Positions 32,335 through 41,918 of a stretch of DNA of 64,000 bases are shown here, piece after piece. Positions within the stretch are counted from its first letter, which is position 1. Each line of letters opens with the position of its first letter. The DNA is taken from positions 864,001-928,000 of the forward strand of contig CBDCDA010000001.1 in NCBI GenBank assembly GCA_965215335.1. Reading direction: 5' to 3'. Below the pieces are notes generated by a model. That model searched no databases. It was given only the letters and a program-made list of their open reading frames with translations, and was not told the origin of the DNA. Origin of the DNA: an uncultured Candidatus Entotheonella sp. (GTDB taxonomy: Bacteria; Tectomicrobia; Entotheonellia; Entotheonellales; Entotheonellaceae). The position numbers were made by a program, and so were the translations under genes.

Positions 32335-34613
32335 CCCCGAAAGCGTCCCGCCCCGATCAGCACCGGCCCGCCAACCGGTTCATCGAAGACGAGCACTGCA
32401 TGGCTGTGGCTCTGTCGGCCGCCGTCGTGCTTGCGGGTCAGCTGCGGAAATTCCCGCGCGTGGGGCACACCTTCGACCAGGGAGACCGGATGCAGCACGA
32501 CGTCACGGGGGCGCGGCAGTCCGATATGTTCACACATGTCCTTCACGCTGTCGGTGGCCCGCTCCCACTTGTCCTTACCGTCGAAGTGACGGTTCAGGAC
32601 GACCGGCGTCACGCTGGCCCAGACGCGGGAAACCTGCGTCCAGGTGTCGGGATCGAGATTCGTCGGCGGGCGTTCGCGGGTTTCGAGTTCGACGACGCAC
32701 TCGAAACCATCGCCGCTGAACAGTCGGTGTGCGTGGGGCAGGCCGGTGTCGGAATCGCGCAGGATGGGTTCCAGACAACGCCCGACCTCTTGCGGTGGCA
32801 ACGCTCTTGGGAACACCAGCGCCAAGCCCATGACGCGCCCATCCGCGTGTTGCGAGCCGACAAACGACAGGGGTATTAAAGCCAAGTGCGGCACCGAGGT
32901 TGCCCTGCCGTCCGGGCGATGGCCGCTGAACCACTCCGGCGGCGGCTGCTCGGGGCACTCACGCATCAACAGGCCGCGCAGAGCCGCCGTGAGCCTGAGC
33001 GTTGTCGGCAGGGAGAGGCGCCGGCCTTGCATGCCGAAGACGACCAGCCGGGGGTCGAACAACGACCCGGGTGCGCTCTTGGCGTCTTTGGACTGCGGGG
33101 CGGCATACCCTTGCCACCGTCCAGGGACTGGACGCCTAGGCGTTGCCGGTTTCAGGTTCGCCTTCAACGTTTCGACGTGTCGCCTTTGCTCGCGAAGACT
33201 TCGTGGGCCACTTCGGCTATTTCCCCTGCGCTCCGCCGTAGCAAGTCGATCTCGGATGGTGTCAACATCCGGGGAGCGGGCGAGGTACCTAGCTTCCGAT
33301 TGAGTAAGGCAGTTGAAGGCGTGACCGAAACGCGTTTTCCACCACTTCTCGAAATCTCGCCCGTGCTTTTGTGTGAGCTCATGGAGTTGCTCCCTTGAGG
33401 GCGTTAACTTGGCCGAATAGGGCTTGCCGGTCAACCCGACCGCACCCACCACCGTTCCTCCCTGTTTCTTGATCCAACCGCGCAGATTCGCCAGCGTGCC
33501 GCCCTGACCGATAAAATCGTCTACCAACAGGTGCTCGCGCCCCTGCTCAACGTCACCTTCGAAGCGGGCTTGGCGGGCGAGGCGTCCATAGCCGTCGGCA
33601 CCCGTGTGGGACACCACATTGGTTTGCACCACGGCGTCGTTATATTCAAGGTCCAGTCGCTCGCTTAGCCATTGCGCCAAGGCGGCCGGAATGGCATTGA
33701 CTCCTTTGTCTTCGTAGGCATGGGCACTCACCAGCACCAAGATACCGCGCTCGCCGACATGGGCCATCAGCGTTCGTACCGCGGCAATACCCCGGTCGTC
33801 GATAAGCGTATCGACCAAGTTGGCGGCGGCGACCGGATCGCCCGACTTGGCGGCCGGATAGTCCGCATGTCGCTTGCTTCGAAGTTCGTCGGCAAGCAGC
33901 ACCGCATCGGGAAACCCGCGCCAAGCCGCCCTAGGCGGCGGGGTCATCGCCTTGAATTCGATCTCGGCCTGTTCGATCTCTTCGAGGCGACCACGATAGG
34001 CGCTCCAGGCTTGGCGGTAGGGTTGGGCCAGTCGTTCAAGGCGTCCGGGCGACGAGACGCGCAGGCGGTGCTTGGCGATGCCGCCCGTCGGCTCCCACTT
34101 CACCGTGACGTCGCTGGCTTCCTCCACCCACGCCTGCACGAAAGAGGCGGAGTGTCCGACATGCGTGACCTTGGCCGCCAAGCGTTCCAAGGCGGGTCGG
34201 TGGGCTTCAAACTCGGTTTCGCGCCAGATCAGACGCATCGTCGGGTCGTGGGGGATGGCAACCGGAAAACCTCGGGCCTGGCGGTCACGGCCAATGGGCA
34301 GAGACCCTTCAGCATGGGGTTGGGGCGGTTTCTTCTTGTCGTTTATCGGAGAGCAGTTGTCGTTGACTGGTACATAGCTGGTAACGGCGGTACGGTGGGC
34401 GGCATCCGAGGCGGCGATAGCCGGCGGCGGCAGGGTTTCGAGCCAGCGCAGGGCCTCGCCCTCTTCAGGGTCTTCACCCGTTTCAAACCAGGCTGCCGCC
34501 AACGCCATGAACACCCGGTCGGGATGCGGTGGCCACTCGGCTTGTTCCTTCCTCGCCCCGTCCGACGCGGCCATCGACCAGCCGTTCAGGTAGCGGATGC
34601 CAATAGCGAACAT
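32280..34613 (-). CDS. csb2: Type I-G Csb2 with inserted phosphoribosyltransferase-like domain (operon B, 777 aa)
   Basis: EWPPHPDRVFMAL, YVPVND, VGHSASFV; insert at aa ~223-470 with LLVDDFIGQGGTL; then FVGSQHADG, WASVTP, GPVLIGAGRFRGYGLC. Confidence 0.88.
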   Translation of the reverse strand: MFAIGIRYLNGWSMAASDGARKEQAEWPPHPDRVFMALAAAWFETGEDPEEGEALRWLETLPPPAIAASDAAHRTAVTSYVPVNDNCSPINDKKKPPQPHAEGSLPIGRDRQARGFPVAIPHDPTMRLIWRETEFEAHRPALERLAAKVTHVGHSASFVQAWVEEASDVTVKWEPTGGIAKHRLRVSSPGRLERLAQPYRQAWSAYRGRLEEIEQAEIEFKAMTPPPRAAWRGFPDAVLLADELRSKRHADYPAAKSGDPVAAANLVDTLIDDRGIAAVRTLMAHVGERGILVLVSAHAYEDKGVNAIPAALAQWLSERLDLEYNDAVVQTNVVSHTGADGYGRLARQARFEGDVEQGREHLLVDDFIGQGGTLANLRGWIKKQGGTVVGAVGLTGKPYSAKLTPSREQLHELTQKHGRDFEKWWKTRFGHAFNCLTQSEARYLARSPDVDTIRDRLATAERRGNSRSGPRSLREQRRHVETLKANLKPATPRRPVPGRWQGYAAPQSKDAKSAPGSLFDPRLVVFGMQGRRLSLPTTLRLTAALRGLLMRECPEQPPPEWFSGHRPDGRATSVPHLALIPLSFVGSQHADGRVMGLALVFPRALPPQEVGRCLEPILRDSDTGLPHAHRLFSGDGFECVVELETRERPPTNLDPDTWTQVSRVWASVTPVVLNRHFDGKDKWERATDSVKDMCEHIGLPRPRDVVLHPVSLVEGVPHAREFPQLTRKHDGGRQSHSHAVLVFDEPVGGPVLIGAGRFRGYGLCRPMQRGAIRPRPR

Positions 34614-35839
34614 CAGCCTTTCTCCGTACCCGGCGCACTCGCCGATTCCTGACTGAGGCGAACGAGTTCTATCAGGTCGGGGGAAGGCGTCAGTTCAATC
34701 ACGTCCTCCCAAGGCAGGCCGGGCGTTTTGGCGTCCTCAATCGTGTCAGCGAGCAGATGGAGAGCGGCATCTCCATCAAGTTCGAACTCCCGAGGCGCCT
34801 CTGTGGGGCGATCCAGAAGTTGCCAAGTGGACTCACCTTCGGCAAAGAGCTGGCAACGGGAACGCAAATCCACGTCACTACGCGCCAACGTTCCTGCGGC
34901 GAGCCCTAGCGCAGCCAGTACCGTGCGAGCAGCCAAATCGACCTCGTCTATCGAGTCGGCTGCACCGTTGAGCGGAAACCGAAGGCGGCGCAACACCGCT
35001 AGCGACAGCGTGGTTGTCTGTCGTGCTCTCGAAAGTGTGAATCCGCCTCCGCCGGGTTCAATTCTGGGCCTGACGGCATTTCCGTGGTTCTCCTCGGTTG
35101 GCCGCCGTCCGGTGGGCTTGCGCCCACTGCCGAGCTTGGTGGGCCCTTCATCCAGTGACCAATGCGGTGCGTCATCGCGTTCGGGCTCACGTCTGTACAG
35201 AACAGCCACGTTCATAATCTGCGCCGGGTCGATACGGCTCGATGTCTTTACACCGGCCACAGCGTCATATCCGATGATCTCCGAAACCAACGCCCGCTGA
35301 AACTTGGCGCCCAGCCCGCCGCGCGGTCCCGTCGAATCCCACAAACCGAACACCAGAGCCGTGGGGCAGAGACCAAACAGCCCGGTGGCGTTTCGAATGT
35401 CGGCCGTATCGAGGATGCGCCCCTTGTCCGATTTGCGGAAGATCACGCCGTTCAACAGGCTGTCCCGAAACAAGGCGTCCGCTGCGCGGTGCGGTGCTTC
35501 CAGACTGGTCACCGTGAACTTCTTGAGCAATTCGTCCTGATCGAACCGCGTCACGATCAAGGGAAGCTTCACCCGGCCGGCGCGGTGCGCCTCCAACAGC
35601 GCCATCTCCATGCGGTTGGCTTGTGACTGCACGGAATCCAGGAGGACGCACAGCCGTACTTCGCCCGTCGCCGGGTCGATACGGTCCTCCGTGGCGTACT
35701 TGCCGCCTTCATACGTGGGCGGGAATACCTTGTCGCCAGGGCCACCCGCCGGCTGGTAGTCGGTCACGCAGCGGAACGCCGCGGCCGTGCCGGCAATCGC
35801 GTCTCGCAGGGTCTGCAGGTCAAGCTTGTTGGGCACCAT
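34613..35839 (-). CDS. csb1: Type I-G Cas7 (Csb1), operon B
   Basis: QPAGGPGDKVFPPTY, LDSVQSQANRME, APHRAADA, PTALVFGLWDS, LRSRCQL. Confidence 0.92.
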   Translation of the reverse strand: MVPNKLDLQTLRDAIAGTAAAFRCVTDYQPAGGPGDKVFPPTYEGGKYATEDRIDPATGEVRLCVLLDSVQSQANRMEMALLEAHRAGRVKLPLIVTRFDQDELLKKFTVTSLEAPHRAADALFRDSLLNGVIFRKSDKGRILDTADIRNATGLFGLCPTALVFGLWDSTGPRGGLGAKFQRALVSEIIGYDAVAGVKTSSRIDPAQIMNVAVLYRREPERDDAPHWSLDEGPTKLGSGRKPTGRRPTEENHGNAVRPRIEPGGGGFTLSRARQTTTLSLAVLRRLRFPLNGAADSIDEVDLAARTVLAALGLAAGTLARSDVDLRSRCQLFAEGESTWQLLDRPTEAPREFELDGDAALHLLADTIEDAKTPGLPWEDVIELTPSPDLIELVRLSQESASAPGTEKG

Positions 35840-35854
35840 CTTCTCCTGTTTACG

Positions 35855-36790
35855 TCAAACGGGTCGGGCACGGGTGTAGTTCCGGTACTTGCCAACGGTA
35901 ATGCGCCGGCTTCTGTACACCTCGACCACCCCCATCGCGCGGAGGTTCGCACGGTCGGGGACGGCTTCTTGGATTTCCGGCAAGGCGAGCAGCGAGCGCA
36001 CGACATCCACGCTCAGGGCGCCTTCCCAAATCGGCCACGTGAACACGACTGCTCCGGGCTGGCTGGAAAATCCGGTCGTCTCGAGCCGGCCAGCCCGGTC
36101 AGCGGGCGCCACCGGGAATAGCGGAAGCGCTTCCACGGCAAGGCGGTTGGCGCCGCGCATGGTCTTTACGACGTCCCTGGAAGGCTCGCCCCACCGCAAG
36201 GCATACCGCCGGTCCTCTTCAGGGTCCCAGCGGAGTCCATGTTTGTCGTCAGAGTAATCCCACGTTTCGAACAACGACCTGCGCACGTGCTCCGCTTCGG
36301 TCTCGCGAACCAGATGTTTCATCGTACCGAGGAAGTGCTGATGACCAGCCCCGCTCATCGTACGCAGCGCCGTGTCCCGGATGCTCTTCTTGTTTTTGTC
36401 ACGGGCCACGACCAGGTCACAGCCAAAAGAGGCCACGAAATCGGCGTAGCGCCGATCCAGGCGCGAAGCGCAACCCTGGGCTTCTCCTGCCACCTTCCTG
36501 AACTTCTCCGGGTTGACGTTCAAGTTCTTGTCGAAGTCGAACTCCGGTGTCGATTCAAGCCGCAGAGCGGGGACCAGCAGTTCGACCAGACGTTCCTCGG
36601 AAACCGCTCGGTTGCCGGACAACACCGGAGCCCAGATTCCGTTATGCGTCGTCCACTTCATTCGCCAATCGGTTGCCGGATCGGTACAAGCAACAGTGCG
36701 CAGGGTGCCAACCGCGGCCAGAAACGCCAGCGGATTGCTCCCATCGAGTCCGCCCAGCAACAGGCCGCCGGTTTCATTGTTCGGCATCAT
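35855..36790 (-). CDS. cas8: Type I-G large subunit Cas8g-like, operon B
   Basis: LGGLDGSNPLAFLAAVG, LRWDPEEDRRYALRW, GANRLAVEALPLFP; ATG overlaps the cas3 stop. Confidence 0.75.
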   Translation of the reverse strand: MMPNNETGGLLLGGLDGSNPLAFLAAVGTLRTVACTDPATDWRMKWTTHNGIWAPVLSGNRAVSEERLVELLVPALRLESTPEFDFDKNLNVNPEKFRKVAGEAQGCASRLDRRYADFVASFGCDLVVARDKNKKSIRDTALRTMSGAGHQHFLGTMKHLVRETEAEHVRRSLFETWDYSDDKHGLRWDPEEDRRYALRWGEPSRDVVKTMRGANRLAVEALPLFPVAPADRAGRLETTGFSSQPGAVVFTWPIWEGALSVDVVRSLLALPEIQEAVPDRANLRAMGVVEVYRSRRITVGKYRNYTRARPV

Positions 36791-39700
36791 GCGCCTCCTC
36801 CCACTCGCTGCGCCGCCAGTCGGCGAGGCGCAACAGCGCTTCGAGCCACGCCAGCCCCCACCAGCCATAGTGCCGGACAAGTCGCCAGTAGCGTTCCGCC
36901 ACGCCCGAGTCGAGGCGTTCCAGGCCGGTAGCGCCCGACCACTCCATCCGGTGCCCGCACAGGTCGAACGCCACGGGCGCGCCCGGGTTGTCGACCACGA
37001 CCGGCGCGAAGGGCCGGCAGTGGCCGTGGTGACTGGCGACCAGGTGCAGAACCAGGTCGCGCAGGATGTCGTCATTCGGCAACAGCGTTGGATCGCTCTC
37101 CACCAAACGCACCGACAACAGCTCGTGGCGGCCCCTCTCCGGGTATCCCGATGCGGCACGAGCGCGCCGCCGGGCGGCATGCGTCCTCGGCATTTGGGCG
37201 GATTTGGCCAGGAGCGGGCCACTCGACAGCGTGCCACCCCGCAACAGGGATTGGAAGCGCGGATCGGCCTTTCCGACATCGTGGAGCAATCCGGCGCGGG
37301 CGACCGCCTCGGCCACGTCCTCCGGCAAGCCACAGCCGACGGCATGGCGGCGGGCGTAATCCTCGACGCCCGGCAGGTGCTTGCAAAGCAGAACCGGTTG
37401 CCCGTCAGGATGCGAGATCCCGGATGCCGTGGCGTCGTCTTCATCGTTGAAGGGATCGGCTTCGTGGGCAAGCGCGGGTACGCGACGACGGCCGGCAAGA
37501 ATGAGGCTTCGACCGACCAAGCGGACCTCGCGGCGCAGCCTGGCGACGGAAAACTCGGCTTTGAGTTCGCCGGCGGCTTTCGGCAACCAAGACCAACGGC
37601 TCGAAAGTATCGCTTCCGTCTCCGAAACCTCCGTCAGCAGGTCACGCACGGTGTCGGCGACTTCGTCCGGGTCGCTCTCGAACTTCCGCTCCACGTCGTC
37701 CAGCAGGTCGAGAGTCGCCTGCTTGGCCGTCATCGAGTCTGGCCAGACACGCACAATCGCCGGGTGCAGACGAAGAATCGGTTTGGCGCGGGCGACGCGG
37801 TGCGCCTGATCGCCCACGTCCAAGGCTTCCGGCGGTTCGGTTGCTTCGGGAGGGAAATCGCCAAGCTGGTCCGGCAGGCTGGGATGGCGCGTCGGGACCA
37901 CGACCACGTCGCCGGGCCGAATCCGACCCGGATCGGAGGTGACGTCGTCACAGTTCGTGTCCGCACCGTGCCAGCGGACAACACGACGGGTCACCTCGCG
38001 GGAGTCGTCGACGTTTTCGTCCCGCTCCGCGGCGTGGCCCCCCTCCAGGTCGGCGTCGTGGTCTTCGACGCCCGTTCCCGCCAACCAGCGCTTGAACACC
38101 CCAATGGGTACCGGCAGCGTCTCGTTGCTGCCTGGCGGGCACAGAACCAAAGACTCGCTGGCGTGCTCCTGCCCGTCCTCACTCCCCAGGTCGAGGTCGG
38201 CGCGCCAACAAACCTGCACGTCCGGCGCACCTTCCCGTGGGCCGTGCAGGAACGGCGCGACGTCCGGCGAGGGGCGAGGTTCAGGCGCCGTCTGCGCCCA
38301 ACAGTCGATATGAGCGGGAAGCATGACGGGCGCATCGGGCGATGGCGCGTTGAGTTCAGCCAGGACATGGTCATCCGGCAACAGCGCTTCCAACTCAACG
38401 ATGCCGAAGTCCACCTCGCCGTTTTCATTCTTGTGTCTGTCGAGCCAATTCCAGGTCTTGGTCAGCGCCTTGCCGTAAACCGGGTCGCCCTCGTCGTCCT
38501 GGCTCAACCTGGCCTGGTCGGCGCGAACGAGAATCGTGGCTTGGGCTGCAATGTCCCGTCCCATGCGGTCCAACCGGCCAAAACGCTGGCGCAGCGCATC
38601 GAGGCTGGCATTCTCGGCGACAAGGCCGTCGAAGTCCAGGTCGGCTCCCACTTCCAGGGTTTGGGTGGCGACGACGATGACCGGCTTTTCCAACACGCGA
38701 ATCGACGATCGCTCCGAGTGGAGGTCCAGACTGTCCAACCGTTGCGCGACGGCGTCTTTGTCCACGGGGCGCATTCGTCCAGTGAGCAAAATTGTCTCGA
38801 CATCTTGGCGCTCCTCCGCCAGCAGCCTGGAGGTTTCCCTGGCCGTCGCCACCCGATTGGCGAATACGACGACGGCGTGCCGCCCATCGCCCAGCAGTTC
38901 CTGAGCGGCTTGCGCCAGAGCCCCGGGCAAGTCGTCCTTGGCGACAGGATCAACCAGCTTGGCCGGCTTGCTGGCCAACTGGCGTTTCCCCAGCGGATGC
39001 CCGGGATCGCGCCCTTCGCCGGACGTGTCCCTGAACACGTCGGTCAAGTCGGCGGGCGGTGTCGCCGACATCACCACGGGATGAAAGCAGCGAGCAAGCG
39101 GCGCCCGCGCCCAGGTACGGAAACGCCGCACCGCCTGCAGGGTTTGCAGGAACGGCTGCGCGCAATGCGCCTCGTCGAGCAGGATGAGACTGTCGTTGAC
39201 CGCCAGCCCGGCGTAGATCGGCCATGTACCGGACCCTCGGCCGTAGGCGCGGAACAACAGGCGCGAGCCGAGCTGATCGACGGTGCATGCCACGACGGTC
39301 GGTTGCAGGGGATTGCGCGCCCAGGACTCCGAGCGGTACATGCCGCCGCGCAGCGCGTGAACGGAAAGCGGCGGTTCGTCGCTGCTGAATCCGGCGCTTT
39401 CGCCATGCGCGATTCGACGCAGGTTGGCCGCAACGTTCCCGAGAATCCCCGTCTCGCTTTCGCAGAGCTTGCTTTGCAAGCGCCGTGCGCGCTTATACGC
39501 TTCGTCAACGATGATGCGCCGGTCGACAACGAAAAAGATACGCCGTGGCGCGGTGATCGCCTGGCCGGTCGCCAGCCGTTTCGCCTGAGCCGCCAAAGCG
39601 AATACGGCGATGTCCATGCAGGCAGTCTTGCCCGCCGCCGTGGGCAAGGCGATGGCTGCCGGCCATGGATCGCATCCTGCGTCGTCATCGCAAGGGGCAT

Positions 39701-39836
39701 TTGGAGACGGCGACTCGGCTGCCGAGTCGCCGTGTTCCAGCACGCGGGCCGCCAGATCTTTCTGCCATGCGAAGGGTGGCTTGGCCCACAACGCAGCGAA
39801 GAACTCGTCAAAGTCCGCTGCGCACAGGTCCGACAT
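36774..39836 (-). CDS. cas3: Type I-G Cas3 with C-terminal HD domain (operon B)
   Basis: PFAWQ, LPTAAGKT, VVDRRIIVD, DEAH, QRFGRLDR, LHDVGKAD, SHHG, YGWWGLAWLEALLRLAD. Confidence 0.93.
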   Translation of the reverse strand: MSDLCAADFDEFFAALWAKPPFAWQKDLAARVLEHGDSAAESPSPNAPCDDDAGCDPWPAAIALPTAAGKTACMDIAVFALAAQAKRLATGQAITAPRRIFFVVDRRIIVDEAYKRARRLQSKLCESETGILGNVAANLRRIAHGESAGFSSDEPPLSVHALRGGMYRSESWARNPLQPTVVACTVDQLGSRLLFRAYGRGSGTWPIYAGLAVNDSLILLDEAHCAQPFLQTLQAVRRFRTWARAPLARCFHPVVMSATPPADLTDVFRDTSGEGRDPGHPLGKRQLASKPAKLVDPVAKDDLPGALAQAAQELLGDGRHAVVVFANRVATARETSRLLAEERQDVETILLTGRMRPVDKDAVAQRLDSLDLHSERSSIRVLEKPVIVVATQTLEVGADLDFDGLVAENASLDALRQRFGRLDRMGRDIAAQATILVRADQARLSQDDEGDPVYGKALTKTWNWLDRHKNENGEVDFGIVELEALLPDDHVLAELNAPSPDAPVMLPAHIDCWAQTAPEPRPSPDVAPFLHGPREGAPDVQVCWRADLDLGSEDGQEHASESLVLCPPGSNETLPVPIGVFKRWLAGTGVEDHDADLEGGHAAERDENVDDSREVTRRVVRWHGADTNCDDVTSDPGRIRPGDVVVVPTRHPSLPDQLGDFPPEATEPPEALDVGDQAHRVARAKPILRLHPAIVRVWPDSMTAKQATLDLLDDVERKFESDPDEVADTVRDLLTEVSETEAILSSRWSWLPKAAGELKAEFSVARLRREVRLVGRSLILAGRRRVPALAHEADPFNDEDDATASGISHPDGQPVLLCKHLPGVEDYARRHAVGCGLPEDVAEAVARAGLLHDVGKADPRFQSLLRGGTLSSGPLLAKSAQMPRTHAARRRARAASGYPERGRHELLSVRLVESDPTLLPNDDILRDLVLHLVASHHGHCRPFAPVVVDNPGAPVAFDLCGHRMEWSGATGLERLDSGVAERYWRLVRHYGWWGLAWLEALLRLADWRRSEWEEAHDAEQ

Positions 39837-40087
39837 GCGCGTGTTATTCACGCCAAATGTCCTCATCGGCGATCATCAGGTAGTCGGTCTGTAACAGCCA
39901 GTGGCCGCCATCGCGACGTCGCCCACGTCGAACTTCTTAAAAGCAGGTCAAAGGACGGCATTCTAGTTCCGGCAAGGGCCTGTGGTCAATCAGACCAAAC
40001 CGGCGGGCCCGGATCGGCAAACTGTCGTCCTGCAACGACAAGCGTCTCGGCGGCAAGAGAGGGAGACAGACATGAGCGAGGACAGCC

Positions 40088-41285
40088 GCTTCAATGAGGC
40101 CGCGGCATTACGCCGCGGAGTACGTCGCCCCATAGGTACCCTGGACCATGCCAGGCACGCTTCAATGAGGCCGCGACATTACGCCGCGGAGTACGCAGCA
40201 AGAACATTCCTGGAAGCACCTGCGTCCCGCGCTTCAATGAGGCCGCGGCGTTACGCCGCGGAGTACGCATGAGGATGGGATGCCGGGACCGACGTGGGAG
40301 AGATGGCTTCAATGAGGCCGCGGCGTTACGCCGCGGAGTACGTGCCTGCCGGACGGCACAGCCCGTACACGGTACGCGGCTTCAATGAGGCCGCGGCGTT
40401 ACGCCGCGGAGTACTGTGCACATCCCCGCACCTGGTCGCCTGTAGTGGATCAGCTTCAATGAGGCCGCGGCGTTACGCCGCGGAGTACGCCAGGTCACAT
40501 ACGAGGTCGGGGCGGCATGGGGCGTGCTTCAATGAGGCCGCGGCGTTACGCCGCGGAGTACGGGGACTGGCCGCTTGCGAGCATGACACCAATATCATTG
40601 CTTCAATGAGGCCGCGGCGTTACGCCGCGGAGTACGATAGATAGGCAGGGACGCGTGCAGCCGTTCGTGCTGCTTCAATGAGGCCGCGGCGTTACGCCGC
40701 GGAGTACCGGGGATTGAAAATGGCAACGACGTTGAAGGAACAGTTGGCTTCAATGAGGCCGCGGCGTTACGCCGCGGAGTACCCCCTAACACCCCTAAAC
40801 ACCAAATTCCCTATAGGGTAGCTTCAATGAGGCCGCGGCGTTACGCCGCGGAGTACCCAGGCGCTGTGCCTCGGCTGTCGAGGCCGGCGCATTGCTTCAA
40901 TGAGGCCGCGGCGTTACGCCGCGGAGTACGACGACTGCGACGGCTGCGACGGCTCCGCCTTGCTCCAGCTTCAATGAGGCCGCGGCGTTACGCCGCGGAG
41001 TACCCGACGTAGACGACTGCGCCTTGTATAACCCCTCAGAAGCTTCAATGAGGCCGCGGCGTTACGCCGCGGAGTACCTGAGCTACGCCGACCTGAGCGC
41101 TTCAATGAGGCCGCGGCGTTACGCCGCGGAGTACCAAAATGCATCACAAGCTATGCGCGTCATTAAACGCGTATTAGCTTCAATGAGGCCGCGGCGTTAC
41201 GCCGCGGAGTACTGCCCTCTGGGAGGCGCTTTCCCGCTCGTCCAGAAAGGCTTCAATGAGGCCGCGGCGTTACGCCGCGGAGTAC
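40088..41285 (-). CRISPR. CRISPR array, 17 repeats and 16 spacers; repeat GTACTCCGCGGCGTAACGCCGCGGCCTCATTGAAGC (36 nt, minus strand)
   Basis: Repeats start at 40088, 40159, 40231, 40306, 40379, 40453, 40526, 40600, 40672, 40747, 40821, 40894, 40968, 41042, 41099, 41177, 41250; spacers 35-39 nt except one of 21 and one of 42; 8-bp hairpin; ATTGAAGC 3' end; variant repeats at the 40088 (trailer) end. Confidence 0.99.
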
Positions 41286-41526
41286 CGGCCCGCTCACAAG
41301 TCCTGGAGACGGCAGGGCCACTGTACACCAATGCGAGCGCTGCTTGCAAGCGGGTGTCAGACGGCCTGACCTCAAGCATGGAATGGCCTTTCAGGGTTCA
41401 GTAACACCCATGAAAACAATAACTTGACACGTTTCGAGAGCTGCCGCCCGTTTCTGTATCACTCGAGTGCTCGTTGCGCCACGGCGAGCAGGACGCCCTT
41501 TCAACGTCCGTTGCAACGTCCGTTGC
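41286..41526 (-). promoter_or_regulatory. CRISPR leader
   Basis: Non-coding stretch between cas2 and the invariant end of the array; AT-richer core near 41400-41430. Confidence 0.75.
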
Positions 41527-41817
41527 TCAGACGATGATCGGCTCGCGTGCGACTGCCTCGAACCGTTTGCCCAGGCTTTCAACGCGCAGCGACAGCTTGT
41601 CCGCAGGACCCAGGTCGAGAATCACGACGTGGTCCTCGCCGTGGTGGATGACCGCGTCCAGCGCCGCGGCCATCTCCGCCCGTTGCCTGGACGTGAGGCG
41701 ACACTGAAACACGGAGAGTTGCAGCCACTCGCCATAACCCTCCATCGTTCGGAAAACACGGCGCCAGCGACGGCGGCTGGCAATATCGTAGGTGACGATA
41801 TACAGCCGTTCGTTCAT
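41527..41817 (-). CDS. cas2: Cas2
   Basis: YIVTYDIA...GYGEWLQLSVFQC. Confidence 0.95.
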   Translation of the reverse strand: MNERLYIVTYDIASRRRWRRVFRTMEGYGEWLQLSVFQCRLTSRQRAEMAAALDAVIHHGEDHVVILDLGPADKLSLRVESLGKRFEAVAREPIIV

Positions 41818-41918
41818 GGCCTCCCCCGGTATTCTCCATGGCCTTCCGGTCGTGCGAGACTGTGGTGATGCCGGACCGATGCGGCGCGAATCCAGCCTAT
41901 GGTGTGCCTCACATGCGT

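Noticed and set aside
36791..37498. N-terminal extension of the 547-aa cas8 B ORF
   Set aside because: Overlaps cas3 in another frame; the likely start is the ATG at 36790 after GGAGG.
36513..40097. 1194-aa plus-strand ORF
   Set aside because: Antisense shadow of cas3 B in high-GC DNA; no recognisable motifs.
40124..41249. Self-targeting spacers
   Set aside because: No match to this window noticed by eye; not exhaustive and needs a computed search.
39982..41404. Short ORFs with repeated 'ASMRPRRYAAEY'
   Set aside because: These are translations of the CRISPR repeats.
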